248,000 bases of DNA from Hyalangium minutum (GTDB taxonomy: Bacteria; Myxococcota; Myxococcia; Myxococcales; Myxococcaceae): assembly GCF_000737315.1 (NCBI RefSeq), contig NZ_JMCB01000006.1, positions 20,001 to 268,000 on the forward strand, written 5' to 3'. Position 1 is the stretch's first letter; each line of letters starts with the position of its first letter. Made by a program: the position numbers and the translations under genes. Positions 181,140 through 193,546 of this stretch are shown here, piece by piece. The notes beneath the pieces were generated by a model, which made no database searches, had not been told where the DNA came from, and saw only the letters and a program-made list of their open reading frames with translations.

Positions 181140-183563
181140 CTACTCGGCCCGCAGCGTGAGGCCCGGATCCACCTTGGCCGCCCGGCGCGCGGGCAACCAC
181201 GCCGCCACCAGGCCCACCGTGCCCAGCAGCGCCGCGCACCCCAGCAGCGTGGGGATGTCCGCCGGAGTCACTCCATAGAGGAGACTGCGCGCCACCTGCG
181301 CCAGCCCCACCGCCGCCGGGAGCCCCACCAGCAACGCAATCCCCAACATCCGCCCCACCGAGCCCACCACGAGCCGCACCAGGTTGCGCTCCGTCGCTCC
181401 CAATGCCCTGCGGATCGACAACTCGCGCGTGCGCTGGGTGATGCCGTAGGACACCACGCCCCAGATGCCCAGCGCCGCCAGCACCAGCGCCAGCCCCGAG
181501 AGCGCGGACAGCAGCGCCAGCAACAGCTCATGGCGCTGCCGGCTCCTCGCCACCAGCGAGCCAAGCTGCTCCAGCGCGGGCACCGGCAGCTCGGAGTCCA
181601 CGCCGTGCACCGCCTCGCGCACCTGCGCCAGCGTGGGCGCGGGCGTGCCTCGCATGAGCAAGTACAGCTGCGGCGGCCCCACCTGCGCCACGGGCCAATA
181701 GAACGCCGGAGCCGGAGCCGCCGTCAGCTCGCGGTGGCGCACGTCCCCCACCACGCCCACCACCGTCCACCACGTCTCACGGTCGATGGTGAAGCGGCTG
181801 CCCAGGGGCTCCCGTCCCGCGAGGAAGCTCCGCACGAAGGCCTCGTTGACCACCGCCACCGGAGCACTCCCCCAGGCGTCCGTCGAAGCCAGGAGCCTGC
181901 CCGTCTTCAGCGGCACGCCCAGGGCCTCAAAGGCGCCAGGGCTGACCACGCGGTGCTCGGCGCTGCGAGGCACTCCCGTGGCATCCGTCCCCTCCACCGT
182001 GACAGTCGACGAGGTGGTGGAGCCCCCCAGGTGCAGCTCCCGCTGCACCCCCACCGACTGAACCCCCGGGAGCGCCGCAACGGCCTCCTCCAACCGGTGG
182101 GCGGCGCGAATGCGCGAGGCCTCGTCCGGGTAGCGCTGGGCCGGCAGTTGCACCGCCGCGGACACCACGCCCTCGGCGTGGAAGCCCAGATCCACGGAGG
182201 AGAGGTGCGCGAGCGTCCGCACCAGCAGCCCCGCCCCCGTGAGCAGCACGAGCGCCAGGGTGAGCTGCACCACCACGAGCCCCGAGCGCAGCGGGTGGCG
182301 AGCCCCCGTGCTGCCGTGGCCGCCGCCCAGCAGCGGCAGGAGCGAGGCCCTCGAGGAGTCCAGCGCTCGCACCAACCCCAGGAGCACCGCCACGGCGCCA
182401 CAGAGTCCCGCTGTGAAGAGCAGCACGGGCAGGTGGAGCGTGGGCGGGGCCAGGTTCCGCAGCGCCGTGGGCAGCAGCGCCGAGAGCGCATCGGTCCCCC
182501 ACAGCGCCAGGAGCAGTCCCACCACGCCGCCCAGCAGCGACAGCAGGAGACTCTCGGCGAGCGCCTCGCTCACGCGGCGGCCCACGCTGGCCCCCAGCGC
182601 GGTGCGGATGGCGCCCTCCCGCCGGCGGTGCATCGCACGCGCCAGCATCAGGTTGGCCACGTTGGCGCAGGCAATGAGGAGCACGAAGGCCGCGGCGCCC
182701 CACAGCGCGAACACCACGCCCCGCGCCCGCCCCGTCACATCCTCCTGCCAGGCCAGAGCGTGCACCGTGTGCGCCGACTCCGTGGCGTCACTGGACTCGC
182801 GGGTGCCTCGCAGCATGGCACTGCGGCGGAGGGCCGCCTGGCGCGCGGACTCCATCGGCACGCCGGGCTTCAGCCGTCCCATCACCGACAGCATGTGGTT
182901 GCCTTGGGCCTCCGAGGAGGTGTCCAGGTGGAGGGGCAACCAGACCTCCACTTCGCGCGAGGAGTCCCCCAGCGCAAAGCCCGGCGGCAGCACCCCCGCG
183001 ACCCGCACGCTGGTGCCATCCAGCCAGAGCGTCTGATCCGCTGCCGCAGCCGCGGAGGTGAACACCCGCGTGGCCAGCCCGTTCGAGATGAGGGCGGAGG
183101 ACGCCGCCCCTGGGAGCGCATCCTCGGGCGTGAAGGCACGGCCTGCGGCAGGCGCCACGCCCACGACGGAGAGGAAGTTCGGGGTGATGCGGGCCGCCAG
183201 GAGGCGCTCGGGCAGCTCGCCACCCGTGCGGTTGACGAAGGTGTAGTGGAAGCTCATCACCCCACTGAAGGCCTGCGCCTCCTCGGCCCAAGCCGCAGCC
183301 TCGGGCTGGGAGACACTGCCGACTCCCCCCGAGGGCTGGTTGCAGTACAGCCGCACCAAGTCCCCGCTCTGGGGAAAGGGCAGCGGGCGCAGCACCAGCG
183401 CATGCACCATGCTGAAGATGACGGTGTTGGCCCCCAGCGCCAGCCCCAGCGTGAGCACCACGGCGAGGGTAAAGCTGGGGGTGCGGCGCAGACCGCGCCA
183501 GGCGAACCGGGCGTCTCTGAGGAAAACTTCCATAGGGGCGACAGCCTCCGGAGCCCCCATCAA
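181140..183563 (-). CDS. ABC transporter permease (ADOP/MacB-like duplicated FtsX)
   Basis: GANTVIFS, CANVANL, RREGAIR, TRELSIR. Confidence 0.88.
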   Translation of the reverse strand: MMGAPEAVAPMEVFLRDARFAWRGLRRTPSFTLAVVLTLGLALGANTVIFSMVHALVLRPLPFPQSGDLVRLYCNQPSGGVGSVSQPEAAAWAEEAQAFSGVMSFHYTFVNRTGGELPERLLAARITPNFLSVVGVAPAAGRAFTPEDALPGAASSALISNGLATRVFTSAAAAADQTLWLDGTSVRVAGVLPPGFALGDSSREVEVWLPLHLDTSSEAQGNHMLSVMGRLKPGVPMESARQAALRRSAMLRGTRESSDATESAHTVHALAWQEDVTGRARGVVFALWGAAAFVLLIACANVANLMLARAMHRRREGAIRTALGASVGRRVSEALAESLLLSLLGGVVGLLLALWGTDALSALLPTALRNLAPPTLHLPVLLFTAGLCGAVAVLLGLVRALDSSRASLLPLLGGGHGSTGARHPLRSGLVVVQLTLALVLLTGAGLLVRTLAHLSSVDLGFHAEGVVSAAVQLPAQRYPDEASRIRAAHRLEEAVAALPGVQSVGVQRELHLGGSTTSSTVTVEGTDATGVPRSAEHRVVSPGAFEALGVPLKTGRLLASTDAWGSAPVAVVNEAFVRSFLAGREPLGSRFTIDRETWWTVVGVVGDVRHRELTAAPAPAFYWPVAQVGPPQLYLLMRGTPAPTLAQVREAVHGVDSELPVPALEQLGSLVARSRQRHELLLALLSALSGLALVLAALGIWGVVSYGITQRTRELSIRRALGATERNLVRLVVGSVGRMLGIALLVGLPAAVGLAQVARSLLYGVTPADIPTLLGCAALLGTVGLVAAWLPARRAAKVDPGLTLRAE

Positions 183564-183625
183564 AGCAGGTTCCGCGCCAACCCCGCCGGGAGCCTCCCCC
183601 CTGCGAGCCGCCGAAGGGCCTCGCC

Positions 183626-184474
183626 TCAGACGAGCGGAGGCTGTCCGGTGCTGGGACGGCCCGTCCCGAATGCGGACACCGGGTGTGAATCCACCGGGGA
183701 CTCCCGGTACGAGCGGAGCTGACCGAAGAACCCGTTCGCCAGCGCATCCCTCCGGGCCAAGAGCCGCCGCTTCACCTCACGGAGCTCCTGCAGGGCCTCC
183801 CGGTGCTCCATCGAGAGCCAGGACAAGGACGAGGGCCGGGAGAACAGCTCATCCAGGCGCCGCTCGAACGTCTCGGCCTTCTCCACGAGCTGCCCCGACA
183901 CCATGTCCGCGTAGCTCGCGTATCCCCGCCGGATGACCAGATCCAGGGTGAGCACGCCCGCGCCCCAGCACAGGCGGGTGTACGCGGTCCAGAGCCCCAC
184001 CTGCTTCCGCATGACGTCACTCTGCGACAGGAGCGCCTCGGCGACCGCGATCAACTGCACGACGCTCCGGTACAGCTCCGTCCACAGGCCCGTGGCACGC
184101 TCCGCCTCCCGCGCGGCGAAGTGCATCTTCACCAGCTGGACGGCGGAGAGCAGCTGTCCCAGCAGCAGCATGTCCAGCGGGGCGGCCGTCACCGGCCTCT
184201 GCACGGACCGCTGGACGATCTCCTGAGACAGGGCCCGGAGCTGGCTCTCGGCGCTGAGCATGCGCGAGTCCAGGGCCTCGTGGAGCACGAGAGGAACCAG
184301 GGGCCGCAGGCACTCGGCCAGGGTGTCCTGATCCACGCGGGCCTCGCGGATCAACTGGATGATACGTCCTGTCTTGCCGTCTCGAATGACTCCGCCTTCC
184401 AGGTAGAGCTGGCCAGCCTCGATACCCTGCTGGACTTCCTGAGCGATCCCCCACTTCGCTTCCATGACGGGCAT
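183626..184474 (-). CDS. Hypothetical helical protein
   Basis: ORF with GGVIRD..GRI motif; no function recognised. Confidence 0.5.
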   Translation of the reverse strand: MPVMEAKWGIAQEVQQGIEAGQLYLEGGVIRDGKTGRIIQLIREARVDQDTLAECLRPLVPLVLHEALDSRMLSAESQLRALSQEIVQRSVQRPVTAAPLDMLLLGQLLSAVQLVKMHFAAREAERATGLWTELYRSVVQLIAVAEALLSQSDVMRKQVGLWTAYTRLCWGAGVLTLDLVIRRGYASYADMVSGQLVEKAETFERRLDELFSRPSSLSWLSMEHREALQELREVKRRLLARRDALANGFFGQLRSYRESPVDSHPVSAFGTGRPSTGQPPLV

Positions 184475-184719
184475 GTCTCGCGCCTCCCACGGCTCGAATA
184501 CCCGACTCGGAGGCGAGGCACCGCTGGCCACGGCCGGGCCTCGGCGGGAAACGTCCAGAACCCGGTGACTGGAGCGGTAGCCACGCGCGCTCGCTTGCAC
184601 TGGTGAACGGTCGCCCGCTGCACGGCACCGCCCCCTCAAAGTCTCATGATTTGAGCAACAAACCCTCGGGCCGCAGGCCGGTGGGGTGATTGTCGCTCAG
184701 AGGAGGTACGCTTGCGTGC

Positions 184720-185718
184720 ATGGATGACCAGCGCCACCACGACGCACGGACCCCACGCGGGAGCACGGACTCTGGCCTCTCTCGCCGGGAAGTCCTCGCC
184801 GCGGGGCTCGGCAGTGCCCTCCTCCTGGGTGCCGGCCCCGCCCAGTCTCCCTCCCAGGGCTCCGCCTCGGGCCCGGCCTCCGACGAGAAGCCCGCGATGA
184901 TCACCCGCCCCATCCCTCGCACCGGCGAGCAACTGCCCGTCATCGGGCTCGGCACGTGGCAGACGTTCAACGTGGGCACGGACGCCAAGGAGCGCGCCCC
185001 GCTCAAGGACGTGCTCAAGCGCTTCCTCGAGCGCGGCGGCCGCGTCATCGACTCCTCGCCCATGTATGACCGCGCCGAGCTCGTCGTGGGTGACTTGCTC
185101 ACGGAGCAGGGCCAGCAGCGCGCGCCCTTCCTCGCCTCGAAGGTGTGGACCATGGGCAAGACCGAGGGCGAGCAGCAGATGCGCACCTCCATCCAGCGCA
185201 TGGGCCGCGGGCGCATGGACCTGATGCAGGTGCACAACCTGGTGGACGTGAAGACGCACCTGGCCACCCTGCGCGAGTGGCAGGAGGCCGGCCGCATCCG
185301 CTACGTCGGCGTCACCCACTACCAGCCCTCGTCCTTCGACACGCTGGAGAAACTCGTCCGCCAGGAGGCCATCGACTTCGTGCAGCTGCCCTACTCCATC
185401 GTCCAGCGCGAGGTGGAGAACCGGCTGCTGCCCGCCTGTGCCGAGCGCGGTGTGGCGGTGCTCGTCATGAGCCCCTTCGAGCAGGGCGGCCTCTTCGAGA
185501 AGGTACGCGGCAAGCCGCTGCCGCCGTGGGCCGCGGACTTCGACTGCTCCAGCTGGGCGCAGTACTTCCTCAAGTTCATCCTCGGCCACCCCGCGGTGAC
185601 GTGCCCTATCCCCGCCACCAGCAACCCCAAGCACCTCGAGGACAACCTCAAGGCCGGCTTCGGCCGTCTGCCCGACGAGAAGACCCGCGCCAAGATGGTG
185701 AAGCACCTGGGCCTCTGA
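184720..185718 (+). CDS. Aldo/keto reductase with Tat-like leader
   Basis: SRREVL, GLGTW, DSSPMY, IPATS. Confidence 0.88.
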   Translation: MDDQRHHDARTPRGSTDSGLSRREVLAAGLGSALLLGAGPAQSPSQGSASGPASDEKPAMITRPIPRTGEQLPVIGLGTWQTFNVGTDAKERAPLKDVLKRFLERGGRVIDSSPMYDRAELVVGDLLTEQGQQRAPFLASKVWTMGKTEGEQQMRTSIQRMGRGRMDLMQVHNLVDVKTHLATLREWQEAGRIRYVGVTHYQPSSFDTLEKLVRQEAIDFVQLPYSIVQREVENRLLPACAERGVAVLVMSPFEQGGLFEKVRGKPLPPWAADFDCSSWAQYFLKFILGHPAVTCPIPATSNPKHLEDNLKAGFGRLPDEKTRAKMVKHLGL

Positions 185719-185813
185719 GCGCTCGCCCTCCCGCCTGCACTCCTGGGAGACGGGCTCTCACCCTGGGTGTCCTCTCCACGCACCGCTGCTTACCCTGAGC
185801 GCGGGAGGCATGC

Positions 185814-186362
185814 ATGGCCAAGAAGAAGGCGGAGAAGAAGGACGGAAGCCAGAAGGACGCCATCACCCACCTCGGCGAGCTCATTCACGGCATCAAGGTG
185901 GCGATGATGACGACGGTGGAGAGCGACGGCAGCCTGCGCAGCCGTCCCATGTGGACGCATGACCGGGACTTCGATGGGGAGCTGTGGTTCTTCACCCGCG
186001 AGCACTCGGCCAAGGTGGGTGAGGTGGAGCATGACCACCACGTGAACCTCTCCTACGCCGAGCCCGGCAAGGACCACTTCGTCTCCGTCAGTGGGCGCTG
186101 CCGCCTGGTGCTCGACAAGGAGAAGGCCCGCGAGCTGTGGAACCCCTCCTTGAAAGCCTGGTTCCCGGACGGCCTGGAGGACCCGGAGCTTGCGCTGCTC
186201 TGCGTCAAGGTGGAGAAGGCCGAGTACTGGGACACGGCCGACAGCCGCATGGTGCAGCTGATCGGCTTCGTGAAATCCGTCCTCACTGGCGAGCCGTACA
186301 AGCCCGGCGAGAACGAGAAGGTGCAACTGGGCTCGGAGGATGCGGGCCTCAACGTGCACTGA
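185814..186362 (+). CDS. Pyridoxamine 5'-phosphate oxidase-like general stress protein
   Basis: SRPM, LWFFT, ELWNP..KAWF, AEYWD. Confidence 0.85.
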   Translation: MAKKKAEKKDGSQKDAITHLGELIHGIKVAMMTTVESDGSLRSRPMWTHDRDFDGELWFFTREHSAKVGEVEHDHHVNLSYAEPGKDHFVSVSGRCRLVLDKEKARELWNPSLKAWFPDGLEDPELALLCVKVEKAEYWDTADSRMVQLIGFVKSVLTGEPYKPGENEKVQLGSEDAGLNVH

Positions 186363-186404
186363 GCGGCCCCTTCCGGACTGAGACACAGGGGCTCTGCTGT
186401 TTCA

Positions 186405-186447
186405 CACCCACCCGGCGCACCGAGCGCCCGGTGGGTGCGTCTTTTGT
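186405..186447 (+). terminator. Rho-independent terminator
   Basis: GC-rich hairpin followed by cgtctttt. Confidence 0.65.
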
Positions 186448-186695
186448 CGCACCCGGGTTTTACTCAAGGGAGCAAGCGCGCTGGCTTCTTCCTCGGGGGC
186501 CGCCCTCTGAGCATTTCAGTGAAATCGTGGTAACGGAGCGGCGTTGAACTTCAAAACGCTTTAGAGTATCAACCATCCGCATCCGAGAGTTTCCCCCTTC
186601 CGGGGGACCGTGCCAGGCCGGGGCCAGCCGCATCCGCGGACTTGAGGGGCGTCACGAGGGCGGGACTCAGCCCGCAGCCTCGAAGGAACCTACAT

Positions 186696-188010
<1,315 letters not shown>

Positions 188011-188027
<17 letters not shown>

Positions 188028-188943
188028 CGCCAAGACCGGGTCGAAGACGTTCACGTGGCTCGTCACCCTCGCGGCGGCGGGCCACCTCGTCTTCGTCACC
188101 GCGATGGGGAGGCTGCGGTGGGAGCACGCCGCGGCCGACCTGTTGCTTGCGGGGCTGGCTTGGGCCGGCCCCGCGCCGCGGCGTTTTCTCCAAGGCGGCT
188201 TCCCGCTGTGGCTCACCGGCATGCTGCTGGACAACCAGTGGCTGTGGCTGGGCCTGCGCGGCCGCGTCCACACCGGGGACTTGTGGGAGCTGGAGCGTGT
188301 GCTCTTCCCGTGCCCGGACGGCACCACCTGGCCTGCGTACTTCGCCACGCGCACCCACGCGGTGCTCGATTTCTTCTGCGGCTTCTCCTACGCGGCCTAC
188401 CTCTACGAAGTCTTCGGACTGGCGCTGTTGTTCTTCTTCCGCAAGCACCCGCGCTTCGCGACCATGTGCTGGGCCTTCTGCCTGCTGAACGCCATGGGCG
188501 TGGTGACGTACATGCTCTACCCCGCGGCGCCTCCCTGGTACGTGATGGCGTACGGCCCCGGTCCCGCGGACCTCACGGCTCCACCGAGCCCCGCCGGCAC
188601 CGCGCGCTTCGACGCGCTGATGGGCATCAGCTACTTCGCGAAGTTCTACGCCCGCAACCCCAATGTCTTCGGGGCCATGCCCTCGCTGCACGCCGCCTAC
188701 CCGACCCTGGTCGTCTGGCAGTCGTGGGGGTTGGGCCGGAGCTGGCGCGTGGGCACCATTGCATTCGCCGCACTGGTGGCGTTCTCCGCCATCTACCTGC
188801 AACACCACTACATCTTGGACGTCGTGGCGGGAGTGGTTGCCGCTCTGGCCGCCTGCTGGATTGTTGAGTACGCCCTCGTCCGGCGTGAATCTCCAGCTTC
188901 CGCGACCGTCCCCGTCATGCCTGGAGGCGACAGCCGTGCTTGA
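188011..188943 (+). CDS. Aur1-like (PAP2_3) inositol phosphorylceramide synthase
   Basis: YPAAPPWY, FGAMPSLH, HYILD. Confidence 0.8.
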
Positions 188944-188950
188944 AACCCTG

Positions 188951-190177
188951 ATGGCCTGGATCATGGGAGACCTCTCCCCTTCCGCGCGAATCTGGACGGC
189001 GCTCGGCCCGGCGCTGCTCGCGTGTGCCTACTTCATCCTGGGGCTCGTGGCGTTCTGCGTGCGCGTGGCCATCAAGGGCGTGCCGCAGGATGAGGAGACG
189101 CTCAAGCGCGGCAGCACCATCCTGGTGGGCATGTTCCTGCGCCACTACTTCTTCTGGGTCACCCAGCCCCTGTGGAAAGTGATTTACCGCTCGGGGCTGC
189201 CGGCCAACGCGCTGTCCATGCTGTCGGGCCTGCTGGGCGTGTCCTCGGGCGTGGCGGTGGCGGCGGGGCGCTTCACGCTGGGCGGCTGGCTCTTCCTGGC
189301 CTCCGGCATTCTGGACGTGATGGACGGGCGCATCGCCCGCATCCGCAAGCAGGCCAACCCGGCCGGCGCGGCGCTGGACTCGGTGCTGGACCGGTACGTG
189401 GACTCGGCCATGCTGATGGGCCTGGCCTGGTACTACCGGGACAACTGGGTGCTGCTGCCGGTGCTGGTGGCGTTCCTGGGCACCTCGCTGGTGCCGTACG
189501 TGCGCGCCCGCGGCGAGGGCCTGGGCATCAACATCCGCGGCGGCGCCATGCAGCGCCTGGAGCGGGTGCTCTTCCTGGGCGTGGGCGTGGCGCTGGCGCC
189601 CATCTTCGAGGCCATCTGGTTCCCCGAGCAGAAGCACCCCATGCACTGGCTGGCGGTGGTGGGCATCGTCTTCGTGGCCATCATGAGCAACGTGACGGCG
189701 TTCTCGCGGTTCCGGGCGCTCGTCAACGCGCTGGCGCCGCCTCCTCCTACGAGCCGCAAGCGCTCGGGGCTGGCAATCCTGGGCCTCAACGCGCTGGCGG
189801 GCGCGGTGGCCACGGGCGTGGACTTCGTGTCCGTGCTGGGAATGGTGGAGAAGCTGAGCTTCACGCCCGTCATCGCCACGGCGCTGGGGTGCGTGCTGGG
189901 TGGGGTGGTGAACTACTCGATGAACCGGCTGCTGACATTCCGCAGCCAGAGCGCGGTGGCGCCGCAGCTTGCCCGTTATACGTTGGTGAGCGCGACAAGC
190001 GCGCTGCTCAACGCGGGGGGTGTGGCGTTGCTCACGCTGCACCCGCAATTGGCGTACACGCTGGGATGGTGGTTGGCTCGAGGGGCGGTGTACTTCGCGT
190101 GGAACCTCCCCCTCCAGCGGGACTACGTCTTCAATGACCCGCCGGAGGCGCTCATGGAGCGCCCTCATGCGGCATGA
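188951..190177 (+). CDS. CDP-alcohol phosphatidyltransferase fused to a GtrA domain
   Basis: DVMDGRIAR...GAALDSVLDR; C-terminal NY..NR..TF GtrA. Confidence 0.88.
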   Translation: MAWIMGDLSPSARIWTALGPALLACAYFILGLVAFCVRVAIKGVPQDEETLKRGSTILVGMFLRHYFFWVTQPLWKVIYRSGLPANALSMLSGLLGVSSGVAVAAGRFTLGGWLFLASGILDVMDGRIARIRKQANPAGAALDSVLDRYVDSAMLMGLAWYYRDNWVLLPVLVAFLGTSLVPYVRARGEGLGINIRGGAMQRLERVLFLGVGVALAPIFEAIWFPEQKHPMHWLAVVGIVFVAIMSNVTAFSRFRALVNALAPPPPTSRKRSGLAILGLNALAGAVATGVDFVSVLGMVEKLSFTPVIATALGCVLGGVVNYSMNRLLTFRSQSAVAPQLARYTLVSATSALLNAGGVALLTLHPQLAYTLGWWLARGAVYFAWNLPLQRDYVFNDPPEALMERPHAA

Positions 190178-191150
190178 CAAACTGTCTCTGCTAAGCCTGC
190201 TGGCCGTGCTCGCCCTGCCCTCGCTGGCGGGCGCGAGCGCCGTGCTGGAGCCGCTGCCCTCCTCGAACGACAACTACGGGGAGAGCTTCACCTTCATGGT
190301 GGACCTGGAGGACGGCACCTTCGTCTTCACCCAGTTCTCCATCACCAACCTGGGGCCGGGCTCGCGCCACGGCATCTGCCGGGCCACGGTGGTGCGCCCG
190401 GGGCAGAAGACTTGGTCGCCTCAGGTGAAGGTGAGCTCGGACGAGTGGGGCTACGACGCGGCCACCTCCACGCTGAAGATGGGGCCCTGCACGCTGCACG
190501 CTGGCACGGGCACTTTCCTGTCGCTGCCGCTGGACAACGGGCTGGTGAACATCACCTTCAGTGATCCGCCCTCGCCCAAGTCTCCTCCGGGCTCGGAGGT
190601 GGTAGTAGGCACCACGCGCTACCGCCACGAGGTGCTGCTGCCCTTCAGCGCGGCGAAGGTGGGTCTGCGGCTGCCGGGCTCCAACGCGCTGCTGGAGCTG
190701 TCCGGCGTGGGCTATGCGGACCACTCGCACTCCACGGTGGCTCCGGCGAAGCTGGCGCGCAGCTGGGTGCGCTTCCGGGCGCTGCGCTCGGGCGGCTCCA
190801 ACCTGCTGCTGCTGGCGCGCGAGGGCTTCGACGGAGGCTTCACCCCGGCCTACGTGTGGCCCGCGGGCGGTGAGCCGCAGGTGCTGCAGCGCTTCGAGCT
190901 GCGCCGCCAGCCGGGTGACTCGAAGAAGGCGGGCTGGGAGGCGGACCTGAGCGGCGCGGGGGGTGCGCTCTCACTGAAGGCCACCTCGCTGATGCTGCGC
191001 ACCGCGCCGGTGCAGGACCTGGGAATCTTGGGCAGCCTGGTGCGGCCGGTGGTGGGCTCGCCGGTGACATACCTCATGCGGGCGGTGCTGCAGCGCCCGG
191101 GGCAGCCAGACGTGCACGGGCTGATGGAAGTCACGCTGGATGAGGGGTGA
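190167..191150 (+). CDS. Secreted beta-rich (lipocalin/AttH-like) hypothetical protein
   Basis: Signal peptide; YGESFTF; GYADH; coupled in the operon. Confidence 0.55.
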   Translation: MRHDKLSLLSLLAVLALPSLAGASAVLEPLPSSNDNYGESFTFMVDLEDGTFVFTQFSITNLGPGSRHGICRATVVRPGQKTWSPQVKVSSDEWGYDAATSTLKMGPCTLHAGTGTFLSLPLDNGLVNITFSDPPSPKSPPGSEVVVGTTRYRHEVLLPFSAAKVGLRLPGSNALLELSGVGYADHSHSTVAPAKLARSWVRFRALRSGGSNLLLLAREGFDGGFTPAYVWPAGGEPQVLQRFELRRQPGDSKKAGWEADLSGAGGALSLKATSLMLRTAPVQDLGILGSLVRPVVGSPVTYLMRAVLQRPGQPDVHGLMEVTLDEG

Positions 191151-191186
191151 GGAGAGGGGTATGGCGTCGGCGGACAGAGGTGCGCC

Positions 191187-191804
191187 GTGAACGTCTCGTT
191201 GCTACGAGAAGTGCACCACGTGCCGGGCGTGCGAGGGTGGGTGCGCAAGCAGGTGCTGCGCTCGGTGGCGCGCGTGGTGGAGTGGACGACGAAGCTCCCA
191301 GGGCGTGGAATGAACGTCTCCCAGGTGAACGACTGGCTGTGGGTGGGCGGCTCGGTGTCCCGCTCGCAGTACGCGGCGCTGAAGGCCCAGGGCATCACCG
191401 CGGTCATTGATTTGCGCGCCGAGCGCGTGGACGACGCGGCGGCGCTGGCGGCGCTCGGCATCGAGCTGCTGCACCTGCCGGTGACGGACCGGTATCCGCC
191501 GTCCGTGGAGCAGCTGATGAAGGGTGTGGAGTGGGCGCTGCCGCGGCTGAAGGCGGGGGGCAAGCTCTACACGCATTGCGAGCATGGCGTGGGCCGAGGC
191601 CCGCTGATGGGGCTGGCGGTGCTGGTGGCGCAGGGGGCCGATGTGAAGGAGGCGTACCGCGCGCTGCGCGAGCGCCGCTGGCAGGCCACCCTGAACGACC
191701 GGCAACTGGGAGGGCTCGCGGACTTCACCGTGGCGTGGGAGGCGAGGAAAGCCCCGGAGCGCGTCTCCCTTCCCCCCGCCTCACCGGGAGCCACCGGTAC
191801 CTGA
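191187..191804 (+). CDS. Dual-specificity/PTPMT1-like phosphatase
   Basis: HCEHGVGR (HCxxGxxR); VIDLRAE. Confidence 0.85.
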   Translation: MNVSLLREVHHVPGVRGWVRKQVLRSVARVVEWTTKLPGRGMNVSQVNDWLWVGGSVSRSQYAALKAQGITAVIDLRAERVDDAAALAALGIELLHLPVTDRYPPSVEQLMKGVEWALPRLKAGGKLYTHCEHGVGRGPLMGLAVLVAQGADVKEAYRALRERRWQATLNDRQLGGLADFTVAWEARKAPERVSLPPASPGATGT

Positions 191805-191867
191805 CAGAGACATTCCCCCCCGCATAAAGGTCTGGCTGCGGTCTGAGAGTTCCCTGCTAAAGAGGTC

Positions 191868-192554
191868 GTGCGTATGAGCCGTTCCTACCTCCGCCATCAA
191901 TCCGGCCGCATGTTCGAGAACAACTTTCTCGAGGCCTGCTCGAGAGTGCACCCATCGGTGCCGTTCCTCTTCTACATCCCGCTGACGCTGGGCTTGTATG
192001 CCTGGTCTCTCTACGGGGGAAAGACGACGCTGGGGTACAGCGCGCTGTTCGTGCCGCTGGGCGTGCTGACGTGGCTTGGCATGGAGTACAGCCTCCACCG
192101 CTACTTCTTCCACTGGGAGGGCAACGGTCCGTTCACGCGGCGGGTGCATGAGATTACCCACGGCTACCACCACAAGTACCCGGACGACGCGGACCGGCTG
192201 GTGATGCCGCTGGGCGCGAGCATCCCGCTGGCCATCGTGATTGGCGGACTGCTGTGGCTGGTGGGCCAGCCGGTGGCGACGATTCCGTACTTCCTGGGCA
192301 TCGTCTGGGGCTACCTGGTGTACGACTTCCTCCACTGGTCCACGCACCACCGCACGCCGCGCACGGCGTGGGGCAAGGCGCTGCGCGCGCACCACATGGC
192401 GCACCACTTCGCCACGCCGGATCGCAACTTCGGCATCAGCAACATGTGGGTGGACATCCTGGTGGGCAGCGGTGGCCGCCGCCCCAAGCGGACCGAGCAG
192501 CCGGAGCAGCCGGAGGGCCAGCGCCCCGAGGTGACCTCCGGCGTGACGGAGTAG
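191868..192554 (+). CDS. Fatty acid 2-hydroxylase (SCS7/FA2H-like)
   Basis: FENNFLE...; YSLHRYFFH, HGYHH, HWSTHH, HHMAHH. Confidence 0.85.
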   Translation: MRMSRSYLRHQSGRMFENNFLEACSRVHPSVPFLFYIPLTLGLYAWSLYGGKTTLGYSALFVPLGVLTWLGMEYSLHRYFFHWEGNGPFTRRVHEITHGYHHKYPDDADRLVMPLGASIPLAIVIGGLLWLVGQPVATIPYFLGIVWGYLVYDFLHWSTHHRTPRTAWGKALRAHHMAHHFATPDRNFGISNMWVDILVGSGGRRPKRTEQPEQPEGQRPEVTSGVTE

Positions 192555-192677
192555 CCGAGTTACTGCGTCTCCTTCCCGGCGCGAAGAGGCACCCGAGCCG
192601 CTATACTCGGCTCGGCGGCCGGGCCTGATTCCAACATCCGTTCTCTCGGGGAGGACGGTCTCGAATCAGGGGTTTCG

Positions 192678-193526
192678 ATGAGACACCTCTTCGCGGTGCG
192701 CTCCTTTCTCTCCGCTCTCGCCTGCGCGCTCCTGTGCTCCTGCGTGACCTCCCGTGGCGCCGCGCCCGAGGAGGAGGACGAGGGTGCGCTGGGGTCCTTC
192801 CTGGACTCAGGAGCCTCGGGCCTCGTGTGCGATGGAACGCGGCTGGTAGGGGCCACCTCCTTCTCGCAGACGTGCCTGCCGACGGGGAAGAGCCCTGGCC
192901 CCACCGTGTCCGGCCTTGAGCCACTGTCCGCGCCGCTGCGCGAGTGCGTGCTCACGAGCCTCCCGGTGGAGACCGGCGGCGGCACCTCCCCCGAGTGCTT
193001 GAAGGGCGCGGCACAGGTGCTCCAAGGCCGACTGCGCCAGCTGGGCTGGCTGGAGGCCGAGGTCCTCCCCGCGACGGGCCGGCCGGACGTGTCCGAGGCC
193101 CAGCTGCAGGCCCAGCTCCGGAGCCGCTACCGGGTGGGCGTGATGCGGGTGGAGCACAGCGAGGAGCCCGGCGTCGTGGATCCGGAGAAGATCCTCGTGA
193201 AGGCGCGCGCGGCGGTGCCCGAGGGCTCCTGGTACACCTCGGGTGCCCTGGCGGAGATCCACGCCCGCGTCTTTCAGATGAAGAAGTTCCGCTCGGTCTG
193301 GGTGTACGGCGGCGAGCCGGATTACCGGAACAAGATCATCCCGGTGATCATCGACGTCTGGGAGAAGCCCCAGAAGCCGCGCAAGGTGAAGATGGCCCGG
193401 CCCGAGCGCCCGAGGCCGCGGGACAACTGCCCGAGACGCGACGCCATCTGCCTCAACGGGCAGGACTGCTCCTACGACACGGAGCACCGCTGCACCGTCT
193501 GCTTCTGCCGGCCCACCTTCCGCTGA
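192678..193526 (+). CDS. Lipoprotein with C-terminal POTRA-like domain and Cys-rich tail
   Basis: Lipobox LCSC; paralog of the next gene. Confidence 0.55.
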   Translation: MRHLFAVRSFLSALACALLCSCVTSRGAAPEEEDEGALGSFLDSGASGLVCDGTRLVGATSFSQTCLPTGKSPGPTVSGLEPLSAPLRECVLTSLPVETGGGTSPECLKGAAQVLQGRLRQLGWLEAEVLPATGRPDVSEAQLQAQLRSRYRVGVMRVEHSEEPGVVDPEKILVKARAAVPEGSWYTSGALAEIHARVFQMKKFRSVWVYGGEPDYRNKIIPVIIDVWEKPQKPRKVKMARPERPRPRDNCPRRDAICLNGQDCSYDTEHRCTVCFCRPTFR

Positions 193527-193546
193527 ACCGGATGAGGTCCTCCTCC